A stretch of 64,000 nucleotides of DNA, taken from NCBI GenBank assembly GCA_002633005.1, contig NMRA01000161.1:311049-375048 (forward strand). Reading direction: 5' to 3'. Source of the DNA: Phoronis australis (taxonomy: Eukaryota > Animalia > Phoronida). Position numbers and translations under genes: made by a program. The notes under the pieces are model-generated. The model saw only the letters and a list, made by a program, of their open reading frames with translations, searched no databases and was not told where the DNA came from. Positions 24,926 through 37,645 of the stretch are shown piece by piece (position 1 is the first letter of the stretch; each line of letters starts with the position of its first letter).

Positions 24926-27900
24926 AACAACGTGTTATCAAGAAGTTGACCCTGTGCCATCATTTGCTCGTGATTTCTCACTTTCCTTTGAACTGTTAAT
25001 GACAGCTGCGCACATTCGTTTTTAATGAAATATGATTTAAAATTTGAGGGTTTATCAGAATTCCTGTCTTCCTTGTTAAAATTCAAAACCAGAGGATGAA
25101 AATGATTCCAAGACCTTGCCTCTAAACGTCAGGTTTGATACTCTTAACTGCGATCCCGCCAATTTAAATGCAAGAAGTGGTGCAATCCTCAGTCAGACAA
25201 GTACTACTGAACTTACCGGGCTTACTGTACAATTAGCCATAGAATCGTTTTCATCCTCTGAAGACACCTATAGTTGGAAATTCATCTATTTTAAAACAAA
25301 AATAATATGATGAAAGGCGGGTCCTTGTTTCTGGTAAAAGCATAGTCCAGTAAAAATTGAGAAACCACTCCTGTTTCTCGATTTTGACAGTACCATCATG
25401 GGGCTCGTGCCCCCTCGGGCCACGCTTATACGGCCCAGGATATAGTAAACCAAAATGCGTTGTGTTTACTAAAATTGCTGGGTGCAGGTGACAGGCTTGT
25501 GACGTCATGTCATGGTGGTGGATTGGAAACGATATTTTCAGCCTAACCTAATCCGTTCCAAACTTATCCGGAAGCCTAATTGCTCTGACATTGCCCCCTA
25601 AAAAAATGCCAAACGACCATTTATGCTTTTGACAACTTCTTTTGATTCCCCTCCGCTTATTTCTGTTTGCCGATTTATTTTTAGCGACTCACGAAATGAC
25701 TATTCTACGACCTGTTGTTTGACTCTGCGACCGTCTCGTCTCCTTATGACTGGAAAAGGTTCTTCCTTTTATACAAAGGGCTCTCAGGGGAAAATCAACC
25801 TTTCCGGAAGGGTGCGTTTCACAAATTTAGTAATTTTCATCAATGTGTATGTTACACTTTCTGTATAGTACACACAACCGAATGCACCTTTTCTTTCGTC
25901 GAGAAGTTACCTTCGTCGTACATAAATTTTTGAAGCCGTACCAAAAAACGTGTTACACAATGTTCAGCAATTGAAGACTATAACAGCTACCGGAGTCAGA
26001 ATTAATGCAACGAATTCTCACAGGAGAAATTCTTCGCAGCAATTTATACAAGAAGTGACGGATTTATGCGACATTTACACTTGTAATGTGTGTCGGTATA
26101 ATAGAACGATAGAGACACTGTGATTTAGTGTCAGTAATGTCTTGCTAATTTAGGAACATTCCTCGATTTACAGGCTACCATTCTCGGTTAAATTTAAGAT
26201 TTAAAATTTCACTGCTGTTGAAGTTGTTATCAGAAATACATTTCCAACCTAACAATATAGCCAGTGTACTGTTAAATCTTCGTATGTGTAATAGTAAGAA
26301 GTAGATTTTTTTTGACAAAAATATTTTAACGCTCGTTGATGATTGAGATTCACAAGCTAATTTGAAATCTTTTGTGGCTTCTTAAGAACATTCTGACACT
26401 TGAACACTTGCAACATCTATGTCACCGGTGGTCTTTGAGCCTTTTTTTATTTGAAAATAAAGCAGAACTCCATGCCTGCACCTAGGTAAATGTAGTTTGT
26501 TTTAGCTGTCGAATGACAGGATATTACACGATAACTCAAGATTGAATGCATGTGTGAGCATGTTTGAAAAAAACGCATTTTCTTTATTCAGTGCTAGTAA
26601 TCGTTGAAGCGTAAGGTAGGAATTTTCAGCCATTGATGGCGTTGTTACATCTTGGCGATTTACAGTGTACATGTACCAGCGCGTAACGATAAATGAAAAT
26701 CTTGGTGCGTACGCTTGCAAATATTTAATGAGAGAAGGACATGTTTGCATAAATTATTAGCACAACAAGCAGGTCTCGTCAGCTGTAGTACTCTGAGGCT
26801 GTCACGAAATACATTGTACATGCGTGCCGGCATAGCCCGGTATATATGGACATACATGTAAAACATGGCAAGGACTTTAACGCTTATGAAGGTCACTTCT
26901 GTTAAAGATCACCCTTTAGGGTAAATATAAATATTTGCCTGGGACAGAAAGCACGTTATTGCGGTTAACTTAATGAAACAGTCTCATTTCTATACAGCGA
27001 CTGAGAAATGGCAAACGAAATTCATCGTTACGTCAAAGTTCTGTCAAACGCTCGTATACATTGAACCAATTTGTAATATTGTAACGGTGCTTAAAGCAAC
27101 ACGCGATTGCACAAGAAATGTCGTGGAAACTTGACAAATAACGTTCGACCTTCTGAGTTATCCTCATCCTTGAGCTCAAGCATTGATCTAACATTTGTGG
27201 TAGTCAGCTTGTGCAAAGTTAATTTATCTGTGAATGTAGAACAGCAAAGTTATACTGTACAGTACATGTATGTCTTAAGTTTTAAGAGTAAGATTATTCG
27301 TCTCACCACAAGGTGTATTTAGCGGTCTAACATTTCGGCGTCAATCACAAGATAAGTTTTTTACCTCATTGAGAGAGGAGAGTTGAATTCGGGGAAGGCC
27401 TATCATGCAACCTGATGATTTTACATGGGTTAAAATAAAAGATATCCGCACTTTTTGTTTAGATCTTTAGACAAATAAATTCTGATAGTCTTCTGCTGGT
27501 TTTGCACTTCAGAGATTTAAAGCAGATTCCAAAACAAGACCGAGTGTTTCAATCGTCACCTTTTCGCTGTCTACTCGAATTTCTTGTGTTTGTGACGTCA
27601 ACTTAGCTCAGTCTCATGAAAGAAAACGTTCTACATCAGAGGAAAGGTTATCACTGGTATAAGTTTGCTTTTCATTCAATATAAGTTACAATGAAATTGC
27701 AATGCTTTTACGTGTATAGCATTCAATGCAACTAACTAACGCAGAGACATGTTGTTAGCGTCATTGTTGAAAGTTTAGCCGCCTACTGAAGTTTACATGA
27801 TGAGCGTGAGTATCACATAAGAACAAAAGATCAATAGAAATTGAATGAACTGCTACACGTATCTTTGGTAACACTAAATTGTTGTTGTCTTCGAGCACAC

Positions 27901-27995
27901 GTTTTATATATGAAGAGTTAACGTTATGTAGGACCTCCAAAGTATTTTGTCAAATACATGTACCTACTGAACCGTGGATTTTAACTCGTTAAATG

Positions 27996-28054
27996 TATAC
28001 ACACATGCACACACACACACACACACACACGCACGCACGCACGCACGCACGCAC
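27996..28054. repeat. (CA)n/(CACG)n compound microsatellite
   Basis: Seen directly in the sequence. Confidence 0.95.
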
Positions 28055-28166
28055 ATATTCTGTAAGAAGAAAACTTGTAAAATTTGATGTTTGAGTTTAG
28101 TCCAGTCTGCAGTCAATTGGGTCACGTGGCAATGTCTCTTTAGAAAAAAAATATGTAAAAAGAAAG

Positions 28167-30137
28167 GTACATCCATTGCAACACAACAATTTCAGAAACA
28201 TGAAATCATCTCGAAAACGCTGTAATTACGTTTATCTAAATTGTGATTTCCTTTACGTTTCCTCAGTTTTTCAGGAATACAAAAACTCATATTTTTGAAA
28301 GCAAATAGCCGGTGAATTTCTTTTTTTAATTTTTACCAATCTTCCATTGTTGGCGGTTCACCTTGTGTTTTTTAAAATTTAGAAAAAAAGGCACATTAAT
28401 AATGAAACAAAAATACCCATAACAGAATGTAGATATTGAGCCATCCAGGAACTTCATTTTATCATTATATCACCTGGTCTGCTGTACTGTATTTACATGT
28501 ACATGTACCTTCGTTCCTTGAGCCTCGAAGATGTCTCGTATCCTTCGATGGGCTGATGTTGACTGTTAGTAGCGCGAACTTTGAGTGCTTGGGATCTGGT
28601 TTTGCTGGTGACACTGTCAATAATCTTGTTCCCTGCTGTCGGTAATTGTGGCGCCACCTATTGGGAGAAGGTTTTAGGGATTTGATATAGTTACCTTGTT
28701 GTAACCCTGTGTCGAACCAGTTATTTTCTCTCCACAATACCTAAACATGTGCGAGACAGAATCTATCAAGAAACGTAAGTACCAACACGGAAGAGCTGCT
28801 GCGGAAGGAATTTCATCTGTGGTATTCAACAATTTGTATGATTCGACACTTGAGCTTAGACTCGAAGATATATTTTAGTGTTGTGGTTACCAAGTGCGGA
28901 CTATGATTACTAGACAATCATCCACGTAAATTAAAATTTTCTCGAGTGCAGAATAAAACACTAATCTTTAGTTTGTATGAAAGTAGAAAGGAGAACGTCA
29001 AAATAAGTTTCGAAATTGATTCCATGCACACAAATTAGATATTGGGGCCTGGACTTCTAGTCGAAGCGTTAAAAGTATTTGTAGTTCGTAGTGGAATACA
29101 TTGCCTTTGAGGAGACTTGCCCTACACGTATTTTAGTGTTGTTAAGTTGTTTTGGATTGAGGCAGTTAATATTAATTAGATGTAATGTTTTATGTTCAAA
29201 GTATCGTCAGTAAATTCTGAGTTGAATTTTGTGCATCCAAGCCATTGGTGACAGTTTGATCTTGTGTTTTGCATCGTAATGCATCGTGAAGACTTGCCTG
29301 ATCATTTTAGGTAAACATTTATTAGCTCAACCATAGTTTATGATACATGGACCGCCAACTCTGTGTATAGACGAGATCTTACGCATAAGCCGTGACGTCA
29401 TTACACACTAGCGACACCTCGAAGATATAGCACTCATTACATCCGGCAAGTACGTCGTCTGCTAATCATGGTTGTTTCGTCGGAATTTGGGTCGGCGATT
29501 TTGCCTAACTCACACCCGTGTTTAAATAAATTGAACGCTCGTAAAACGTTAACTTCATATTAATACTCCAGAAATAACCATCAGGCCTACTCAAAAAGCA
29601 ATCTTGCACTTCAACAACAGTTTACTTGACGTTTCATTTTAAGCTCGAATGCACGTCGGTGCCGTTCAAACTTTCTGGACGCTACTGTTGAAAGACCGTG
29701 AACAATGTTTCACTACCGAAATTACTTTTTTCGTTGGACTGGGCAGTAATATAGATGGAAGAATTTCCTGTCACAATACACTAACCGGAAGCTGAGGGTG
29801 GCGCCACCTCTACGATATTTCGCAAGAAAGTGTCAGAGTTAAGAATCTGTTGTCTATACATGTAATCTATGATTCAACCAACAAGTATATACATGCACAG
29901 CACTTTAAAATGTAATAAAGTACATTAAACAAATTAAAACACTACCGCTCCCTATAAAAATCAATTACTGTGCAAAAAAATAAGACCACCTTGCCTGGAA
30001 TCACACTGGTGCTAATTTTTAATAATAAATAGTTTTCGAGGTTGCGGTAATCACAAACCTGTAAATATGATTGAAGTTTGGGCTTAACGATTGTCATCTA
30101 CGTCTATAGAAATGAAATTTCGCTCAGCAAATAATTG
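28167..30137 (+). repeat. Copy A of a ~1.96-kb duplication (copy B at 30267-32229); probably an uncollapsed allele
   Basis: Colinear and highly similar; copy A ends at the N at 30138. Confidence 0.9.
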
Positions 30138-30138
30138 N

Positions 30139-30264
30139 GAGTCGGCACTGCGGGCGGCTGGCGGTCGGCTAATTTTTAGCCGACCGGTCGGCAAATTTGC
30201 CGACCGGTCGACGGCCGGCCGTCGACCAATTTCCGACCGGTCGGCCAAAAATTCGTGATGTGTG
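30139..30264 (-). mobile_element. Terminus of a DNA transposon with GC-rich palindromic subterminal repeats (CAC end, CMC/EnSpm-like)
   Basis: Repeated CCGACCGGTCGG palindromes. The minus strand starts CACATCACGAATTTTTGGCCGACC. Truncated by the N gap. Confidence 0.55.
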
Positions 30265-30266
30265 CT

Positions 30267-32229
30267 GTACATCCATTGCAACACAACAATTTCAGAAACA
30301 TGAAATCATCTCGAAAACGCTGTAGTTACGTTTATCTAAACTGTTATTTCCTGTACGTTTCCTCAGTTTTTCAGGAATACAAAAACTCATATTTTTGAAA
30401 GTAAATAGCCGGTAAATTTCTTTTTTTAATTTTTACCAATCTTCCATTGTTGGCGGTTCACCTTGTGTTTTTTAAAATTTAGCAAAAAGAAAGGCACATT
30501 AATAACAAAACAAAAATACCCATAACAGAATGTAGATATTGAGCCATCCAGGAACTTCATGGTATTAGTACATCACCTGGTCTGCTGTACTGAGCCTCGA
30601 AGATGTCTCGTATCCTTCTATGCGCTGATGTTGACTATTAGTAGCGCGAACTTTGAATGCGTGGGATCTGGTTTTGCTGGTGACACTGTCAACAATCTTG
30701 TTCCCTGCTGTCGGTAATTGTGACGCCACCTATTGGATGAAGGTTTTAGGGATTTGATATAGTTACCCTGTTGTAACCCTGTGTCGAACCAGTTATTTTC
30801 TCTGCACAATATCTTAACATGGGCGAGACAGAATCTATCAAAAAACGTAAATACCAACACGGAAGAGCTGCTGCTGAAGGAATTTCATCTGTGGTATTCA
30901 ACAATTTGTATGATTCGACACTTGAGTTTAGACTCGAAGTTATATTTTAGTGTTGTGGTTACCAAGTGCGGACTATGATTACTAGACAATCATCCACGTA
31001 AATTATAATTTTCTCGAGTACAGAATAAGACACTAATCTCTAGTTTGTATGAAAGTAGAAAGGAGAACGTCAAAATAAGTTTCGAAATTGATTCCATGCA
31101 CAAAAATTAGATCTTGGGGCTTGGACTTCTAGTCGAAGCGTTAAAAGTATTTGTAGTTCGTAGTGGAATATATTGCCGTTGTGGAGACTTGCCCTACATG
31201 TATTTTAGTGCTGTTAAGTTGTTTTGGATTGGGGCAGTTAATATTAATTAAATGTAATGTTTTGTGTTCAAAGTATCGTCAGTAAATTCTGAGATGAATT
31301 TTGTGGATCCAAGCCATTGGTAACAGTCTGATCTTGTGTTTTGCATTGTAATGCATCGTGAAGACTTGCCTGATCATTTTTAGGTAAACATTTATTAGCT
31401 CAACCATAGACTATAATACATGGACCGCCAACTCTGTGTATAGACGAGATCTTACGCATAAGCCGTGACGTCATTACTCACTAGCGACACCTGGAAGTTA
31501 TAGCACCCATTACTTCCGGCAAGTACGTCGTCTGCTAATTATGGTCATTTCGTCGGAATTTGGGTCGGCGATTTTGCCTAACTCACACCCGGGTTTAAAT
31601 AAATTGAACGCTCGTAAAACATTAAATTTTTACTTAAAGTTCATATTAATACTCCAGAAATAACCATAAGGCCGACTCAAAAAGCAATCTTGCACTTCAA
31701 CATCAGTTCACTTGACGTTTCATTTTAAGCTCGAATGCAAGTCGGTGCCGCTCAAACTTTCTGGACTCTACTGTTGGAAGACCGTGAACAATGTTTCACT
31801 GCCGAAATTACTTTTTTCGTTGTACCGGACAGTAATATAGATGGAAGAATTTTCCGTCACAATACACTAACCGGAAGTTGAGGGTGGCGCCACCTCTACG
31901 ATATTTCGCAAGAGAGTGTCGGAGTTAAGAATCTGTTGTCTATAATCTATGATTCAACCAACAAGTACATACATGCACAACACTTTGAAATCTAATAAAG
32001 TACATCAAACAAATTAAAACACTACGATCCCTATAAAAACCAATTACTGTGCAAAAAAAGACCACCTTGCCCGGAATCACACTAGTGCTAATTTTTAATA
32101 ATAAACAGTTTTCCAGGTTGCGTAATCACAAACCTGTAAATATGATTGAAGTTTGGGCTTAACGATTGTCATCTACAGTACATGTACATGTACGTCTATA
32201 GAAATGAAATTTCGCTCAGCAAAGAATTG
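30267..32229 (+). repeat. Copy B of the ~1.96-kb duplication
   Basis: Aligns to 28167-30137. Confidence 0.9.
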
Positions 32230-32760
32230 GCTTTACAACTTTCAGTCTACACAATGGATCTTCAAACAAGGAGGTAGACGTATTAAATTGCAGAGGGATA
32301 TTGCACGGATTTACATGTATCATCCATATTTCTAAACAACTTTAAAAATGCGGAACAAGTGAACATTCCCAATACAAGTGTAGAACTGTTTCTTCGTGTT
32401 GCTCACAGAAAGAACACAGACAAATGGCGAACACCCATTTTCTTTAAGCAAGTGTTTGTACCAATAAGTCTATGGTTGATACGGAATTGAAACCATCTGA
32501 GTCTGACATGGAAAGTACAATGGTAAATCACAGAATGATTATTTGTCCAAGACTGAGTATCACCGACCAAGTTAATTTCTCTCTCCCGCTTCAGTTCAGG
32601 TTTGACAATTCGGAAATGAATAACTGATAGATTTTCCCGTTCCTTTATTTTCCGAGGATATTTGATAAAAATGTGGAGTGACTATATTACTTTAGTCTCT
32701 TAGATGATTCCACAAACGAAGTATTGAACTTCGAATTCCATAGTAATGAGTAATATATAC

Positions 32761-32900
32761 ACAAAACGTACCGAGAGTGGCGTACATGAAGTAATAGCCC
32801 ACGTGAGATTATTCCGGGTATCGACCTTCGGTCTTGCGCGGAATAATGTCGAATGGGATATTACTTCATGTACACCAATCGAGATACATGTACTTTTTGT
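32761..32900. mobile_element. MITE-like inverted repeat with ~40-bp arms; related copy at ~42625-42695
   Basis: GTACATGAAGTAATAGCCCA versus TGGGATATTACTTCATGTAC. GATGAAGTAATATCCCACGCCACTCTCGGTA at ~42650 shares the arms. Confidence 0.6.
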
Positions 32901-34672
32901 TTTTATCCCATACGCTTCGAATTCCAAAGTTTCTTTCATTTTTTCCGCAGATTTTTAAACACTTCCACTAAAATGAGAATAGAAGCCTTCATTTGTCCGC
33001 TGGTTTGTTAATTCTTTAAGTACGAGTTGGATCTAATAATTGCTACAGTCGAATTTTCTTTTGAAACTGAAGTCAATGCCAACACTATTTTGTGAAAATG
33101 AGTCGCACGATTTAAATCACTTATTTTTGTGCACGGGATTTTTTCGTTGTTGGATGGATTTAACGCTGAGCTAATTTTACATGGTAATGGAGTGTTGTAT
33201 TTGTTAAGCATGACAAATGAAGGATACAGTGGTAAACTGTTTGTAAACCAGCGACCCAGACTGCATCCATCGATCACAAGCCTTTAAATTGACAATATCG
33301 GCGATAAAAATGAACAGTCCTCAAACAGATTCGAAAAAGGAACCTCCGCCGTTGAAGCCAAACGCACTGCTGGCTGAACTTAATCTCAGTCTCGACAATG
33401 GACTGGTACACACACCGGCCTTGACTCCAGTGAATATCTGCCAGAAGTGGCGGTTTCCAATGAAATCCCAAAAAATATAGATTTTATATTTTCATAGCTC
33501 TGATCAACGCTGAAAACTCAAAAAAGTCCAACCCATCCAATAACAATTCCATTAAAAAGGTAACGTACATGTACCGGAAAAAGGTTTCTAAGAATTGAAA
33601 TTTATTAATCACTTACTGCACTGTATCATACCTGTAAATAAACTATGTGTATCTCTTACATCAACGTGCTTAGACGCACACAGCACGCATGCACGCGCAC
33701 GCACACGAGCACATTCACACACCTACAACAATACATAAATACAAACAAACAAGCGTTCGTATGTATATACATGCGTGCGTATGCACATACATGTACATGC
33801 ATTACATACGTAAAGGCAGACAGGCATACACATTTCACTTTACCCAAGGAAGAGTGTAGTGTTTGATGACTTTCATGTTTTCGCCTACTTCGTTCCAATG
33901 TTGTAATGCATACATGTACGTGTTGTACATGTCAGTGTAGTGTGACATTCGGTAGTAGTAGTCACTGTCTCTGAGTGTCGCATACAGGGGTGCCACTGGT
34001 GATGTCACACTAAGCAAAATTAGTTCAAAATGACAGGGGACAATAAATGTACAGTAGAATACTGCAGTTCACCTGTTAAGAGTTTGCTACTCGACTGCAA
34101 AAAATCTTAGACAACTACATGTAAACTGGTCACAGCTGGAGAACAATATACGTGGAGGGAGGAGCACACATACCCCCACCAGTTTGCAACGTGCTTATTC
34201 TGACCTTGTGTTTTGTACAAAAGAAATTTTCAAAAATTTTACGGAAGGCGAATGAAGGCGAATTTGTCTTTGCCCCTCATCATTTTTAACATTCCCGCTG
34301 GCGGAATGTATCAGTGAGCACTTCTGAGCAGAAAAATAAATACATGTACTTCCCTCCAAAAAGTCATGAAATGAATATATGAAAAGAGAGCCTAAACAGA
34401 AATTCCTAATTTGTACCTAATGCTGTGGTGAACGCGTGCATGTTTGCGATATTTGACCTGCACAAGGTTTAAGAGTGTGTACTACCATTACGATAAAGGT
34501 TTTACGACTTTCTTGATCTTAAAAAGGCGTTGACATTTTGGTAGGCTTCAAATCAGTTTGAAGTCAAAACCGATAAAGTAGGTTTACAGTTTCTCAAGAA
34601 GCCGCATTAAATATTAAAACAATTTTTGAAAACAAGGCTCGTCACTGGTTCACTTCAGTTGACATAGTCAGG

Positions 34673-34745
34673 ATGAAACTTCAAGTGGCGGCAGCTGTGC
34701 TTGCTCATGTAAGAATAAGCGTATCCCTTTCGCTCATAAACACTT
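34673..34745 (+). CDS. CUB-ZP protein exon 1 (putative signal peptide)
   Basis: MKLQVAAAVLAHVRISVSLSLINT with a phase-1 donor gtaagt, in frame with the next exon. Confidence 0.6.
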
Positions 34746-35139
34746 GTAAGTATAACCGGTAAGCATTTTGTTATTTTTCAAGACATACCGTATATAAGGC
34801 CATGAACTTGCATGCTAAATACTGCGATTCTTCAAGGAACATTGTATATCAAGTGTGTGCTTGCATACATGTACATGTACACAGGTACTTATGCTTCGCA
34901 TAAAGGCGCAGGCGTCTATTGCTTGTACAGGCTCATTTCTTAAGCTGGGTCGTACATGTATATCATTAAATGGTTCGTGATATACTGAATACACGTCAGC
35001 GTTTAGCGTTTTTAGCAGACAAGTTTCACTCACATAATATTTTAAGACTTTGATCCTGAAATTTTCTCAACTGTTTCACATATATTCCCTTAAGATACGT
35101 GTCTGGGTAACATCATGTTGTAATCATATGAAACTTTGC

Positions 35140-35481
35140 AGACTCTGTGCATTATGCACTGATCTCGAAAACAGTGTTAGGGGTTGTTATTTCAATGTTC
35201 CACGTCTGCATGGTAGGCTATGAAAATCAGAATTTAATGATTTTCGTGAAAAATTCAAAACTGATTTGCATAAAACAAACACACAATGATGAGTTAAAAA
35301 CATGGCAGCGTTTTTGAGAAACGTTTTACATTAAACGGCAGTTGATCATGTTATTAAAAATGTAGTTTTGCTTTCAATGAATCTTCTTATTGTGTTGATT
35401 TTAATGAAATGGTTACGTGGTCCAAATAATGGGAAATAAGTAGAAAGTTAAAAATCAAATATCGGATAATGCACAGGGTCT
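35140..35481. mobile_element. MITE with 16-bp TIRs
   Basis: AGACTCTGTGCATTAT ... ATAATGCACAGGGTCT (1 mismatch). TSD not recognisable. Confidence 0.6.
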
Positions 35482-35628
35482 TTGGACGAAGAGGCCTATT
35501 TTAGGACGTATTTCTTTGTAAACTGTGTTTGCCACAAACCCTAGTACCGGTAGTGTCTTCATTAGCGCCACCTGGGGAATATCGAGTCACCTATAAATCG
35601 TCTTTTCCAAAACATTTTTATTTTTAAG

Positions 35629-35753
35629 GGAAAGCGTGCAATGGAGGGGTCTACATTTATGATGCTACTAACGACATTATGTCTCCGAATTATCCAGATG
35701 TCTACCCGAACCACCTGATGTGTTCATGGTGGATACGAGCTCCTGAGGGAAAG
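35629..35753 (+). CDS. CUB-ZP protein exon 2 (CUB N-half)
   Basis: KACNGGVYIYDATNDIMSPNYPDVYPNHLMCSWWIRAPEGK; SPNYPxxYPxxxxCxWxI is the CUB signature. AG/GT bounded. Confidence 0.9.
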
Positions 35754-36553
35754 GTGAGATAAGGAATTACCCGTATGGTCACATTTCAAATTGTGGCTAA
35801 TATGGAAAAAGCAAATGATAGCAAAGAAAAATGCTATGAAAATTAAAGACTATTTCCAAATTCAGATATGGAACTTTAAGTATGAAAGCAGATCCGTGTA
35901 CGAGGTATAAACAGTAGGCGAACAAGTCGTTTACTATTCGGCAGCTACCTACTACTATCAGGAACATCCTGGTATAACACCCCCATGCAAAATATTAAAT
36001 TACTCCTGCCAATCACAAAGCGTGAACACAATCTAACCTTAAACTATGTCAGTGAAATGTAGAACTCTCACGACGAAAAGGTGTATCAGACATCCCATCC
36101 GCCGTCGGACCGGACGGCATGTGAAGCTTTCTCAATGCTCGATCATGACTGGACAATTAAATTAAAACGTCGTCCGTAACCACCAGAATGCCAACCACAA
36201 TCACTGCCTTAAGTTGCTGTGGAATAGCATAATCTCACTCCTTGGTAGAGAGAGAGGGGAGGGGAAGGCAGAAGAGGAGGGAGAGCTGCAGAAAAAAAAA
36301 TCAAAAAAGTTGTGCTGAAAAACGGCAAGACCAGTGCCAGGATTATAGAGCTGACTCGGCTTTAACCTTTAGAAAACTCTGAACAGTTGTGTCATCACTT
36401 GATTTTATGGTACTTGCTAATTAACATCTGGGCAAAGCTTGGAAAGACTGTGGTTTATATACTCACGGCACAGTATGGTACTAAATCGGCCTTGCAAAAA
36501 GGTTTGCATTTATGTACACGCCATGGACGTAACTGAAATTTCTATATCTGCAG

Positions 36554-36770
36554 GTAATCACTGGTAGTGTACTGTCTCTCGACATAGAAGCTGTTGCGAG
36601 TAGTTGTCCCTACGACTACATGGCGCTTTTCAGCGACAGGCTCTACTGTAAATTGTGCGGTCGATCGACGAATGTGCTTAATTTCACCACTCCAACAAAT
36701 TACCTCAACGTCTACCTTTTCACTGACGCTGCTTATCAGAAGCAGGGATTTCATATTAAATACAATTTTG
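36554..36770 (+). CDS. CUB-ZP protein exon 3 (CUB C-half)
   Basis: VITGSVLSLDIEAVASSCPYDYMALF...KLCG...FTDAAYQKQGFHIKY (CxYDY, xCG and GF.I.Y motifs); phase 0/1. Confidence 0.9.
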
Positions 36771-37257
36771 GTAAGTGTGTAGGTAGATGCCATATATGAA
36801 TGTTTTGTTGGTTACCAAGTATTGCCCTTTTATCGTTTTTTGTCGTTACTCAATTTACATTTGACTTCTGGAGTTTTCAGTTTGTTATCGGTGGGTGTCC
36901 AGGCTAAAAACGTTGGCTTGACGCGAACAACCGTCTTATGGGCCAAGTATGCACTCAAACGATAAGGAAATGCCATTTCACAACCCAACAATAATATGTT
37001 TCGACGAGTGACACCCAAAATTTATCAACTTTCTCAAATCAAGTTGAAATATGTAAATTAAGCTTCCAAGTCTTGCTGGCATCAACATATTTGTTCATTT
37101 AGTTAACATTACTAGGATACAGAATCATCATGGAATCAACTGTGTCGGTGGACGATAAGAACAGTCGTATTCTTGTTGAGCAGTGAAACAAATAGTAACC
37201 CAAACCTGCGATACTGTTGGGCATACTCCCTTTCTGTGGACACCATTATCGTTTCAG

Positions 37258-37554
37258 AAAAAAACTACGCTGCGTCGTCATCATTGTCACTGAACTCTAC
37301 GATCAGCGACAGTTCGTGTCCAATTAAGATGTCCGCGCTGTTGCCAACCCCCATTACGAATTACACAGAAGCCACGCGGCTAGTTCGTCTGCAGACAACT
37401 ACTGGCGCACAGACAAACAGTAGTCAACCAGCGACAGGGCTTCACACTATTAAGCCTTTACATACTACTTCGTCAATTGTAACTAACCAACCGGAACCGG
37501 AAACAGAGTCCACCGAGGCACCAGGGTCTACAGAATCGAGATGGACCAATAGCG
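37258..37554 (+). CDS. CUB-ZP protein exon 4 (Ser/Thr-rich mucin-like linker)
   Basis: 297-nt phase 1/1 exon, gtttcag to gtaagc, rich in S/T/P. Confidence 0.75.
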
Positions 37555-37570
37555 GTAAGCCAAGAGAAAA

Positions 37571-37645
37571 TACCGTTGCCTAGCGGGATAAGGGACCGCT
37601 TCCTTTACTCAAGGACGTGGGTTCGATTCCCGCTAGGACAAACTG
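37571..37645 (+). mobile_element. tRNA-derived SINE head
   Basis: A-box-like TAGCGGGATAAGG and B-box GGTTCGATTCC; no intact cloverleaf. Confidence 0.55.

Noticed and set aside
24700-25086. 128-aa minus-strand ORF
   Set aside because: Antisense shadow of the 24170-24925 ORF, with no recognisable motif.
37571-37645. Possible tRNA genes here and at 13570-13640
   Set aside because: A/B boxes are present but acceptor and anticodon stems do not form convincingly. Treated as SINE heads.
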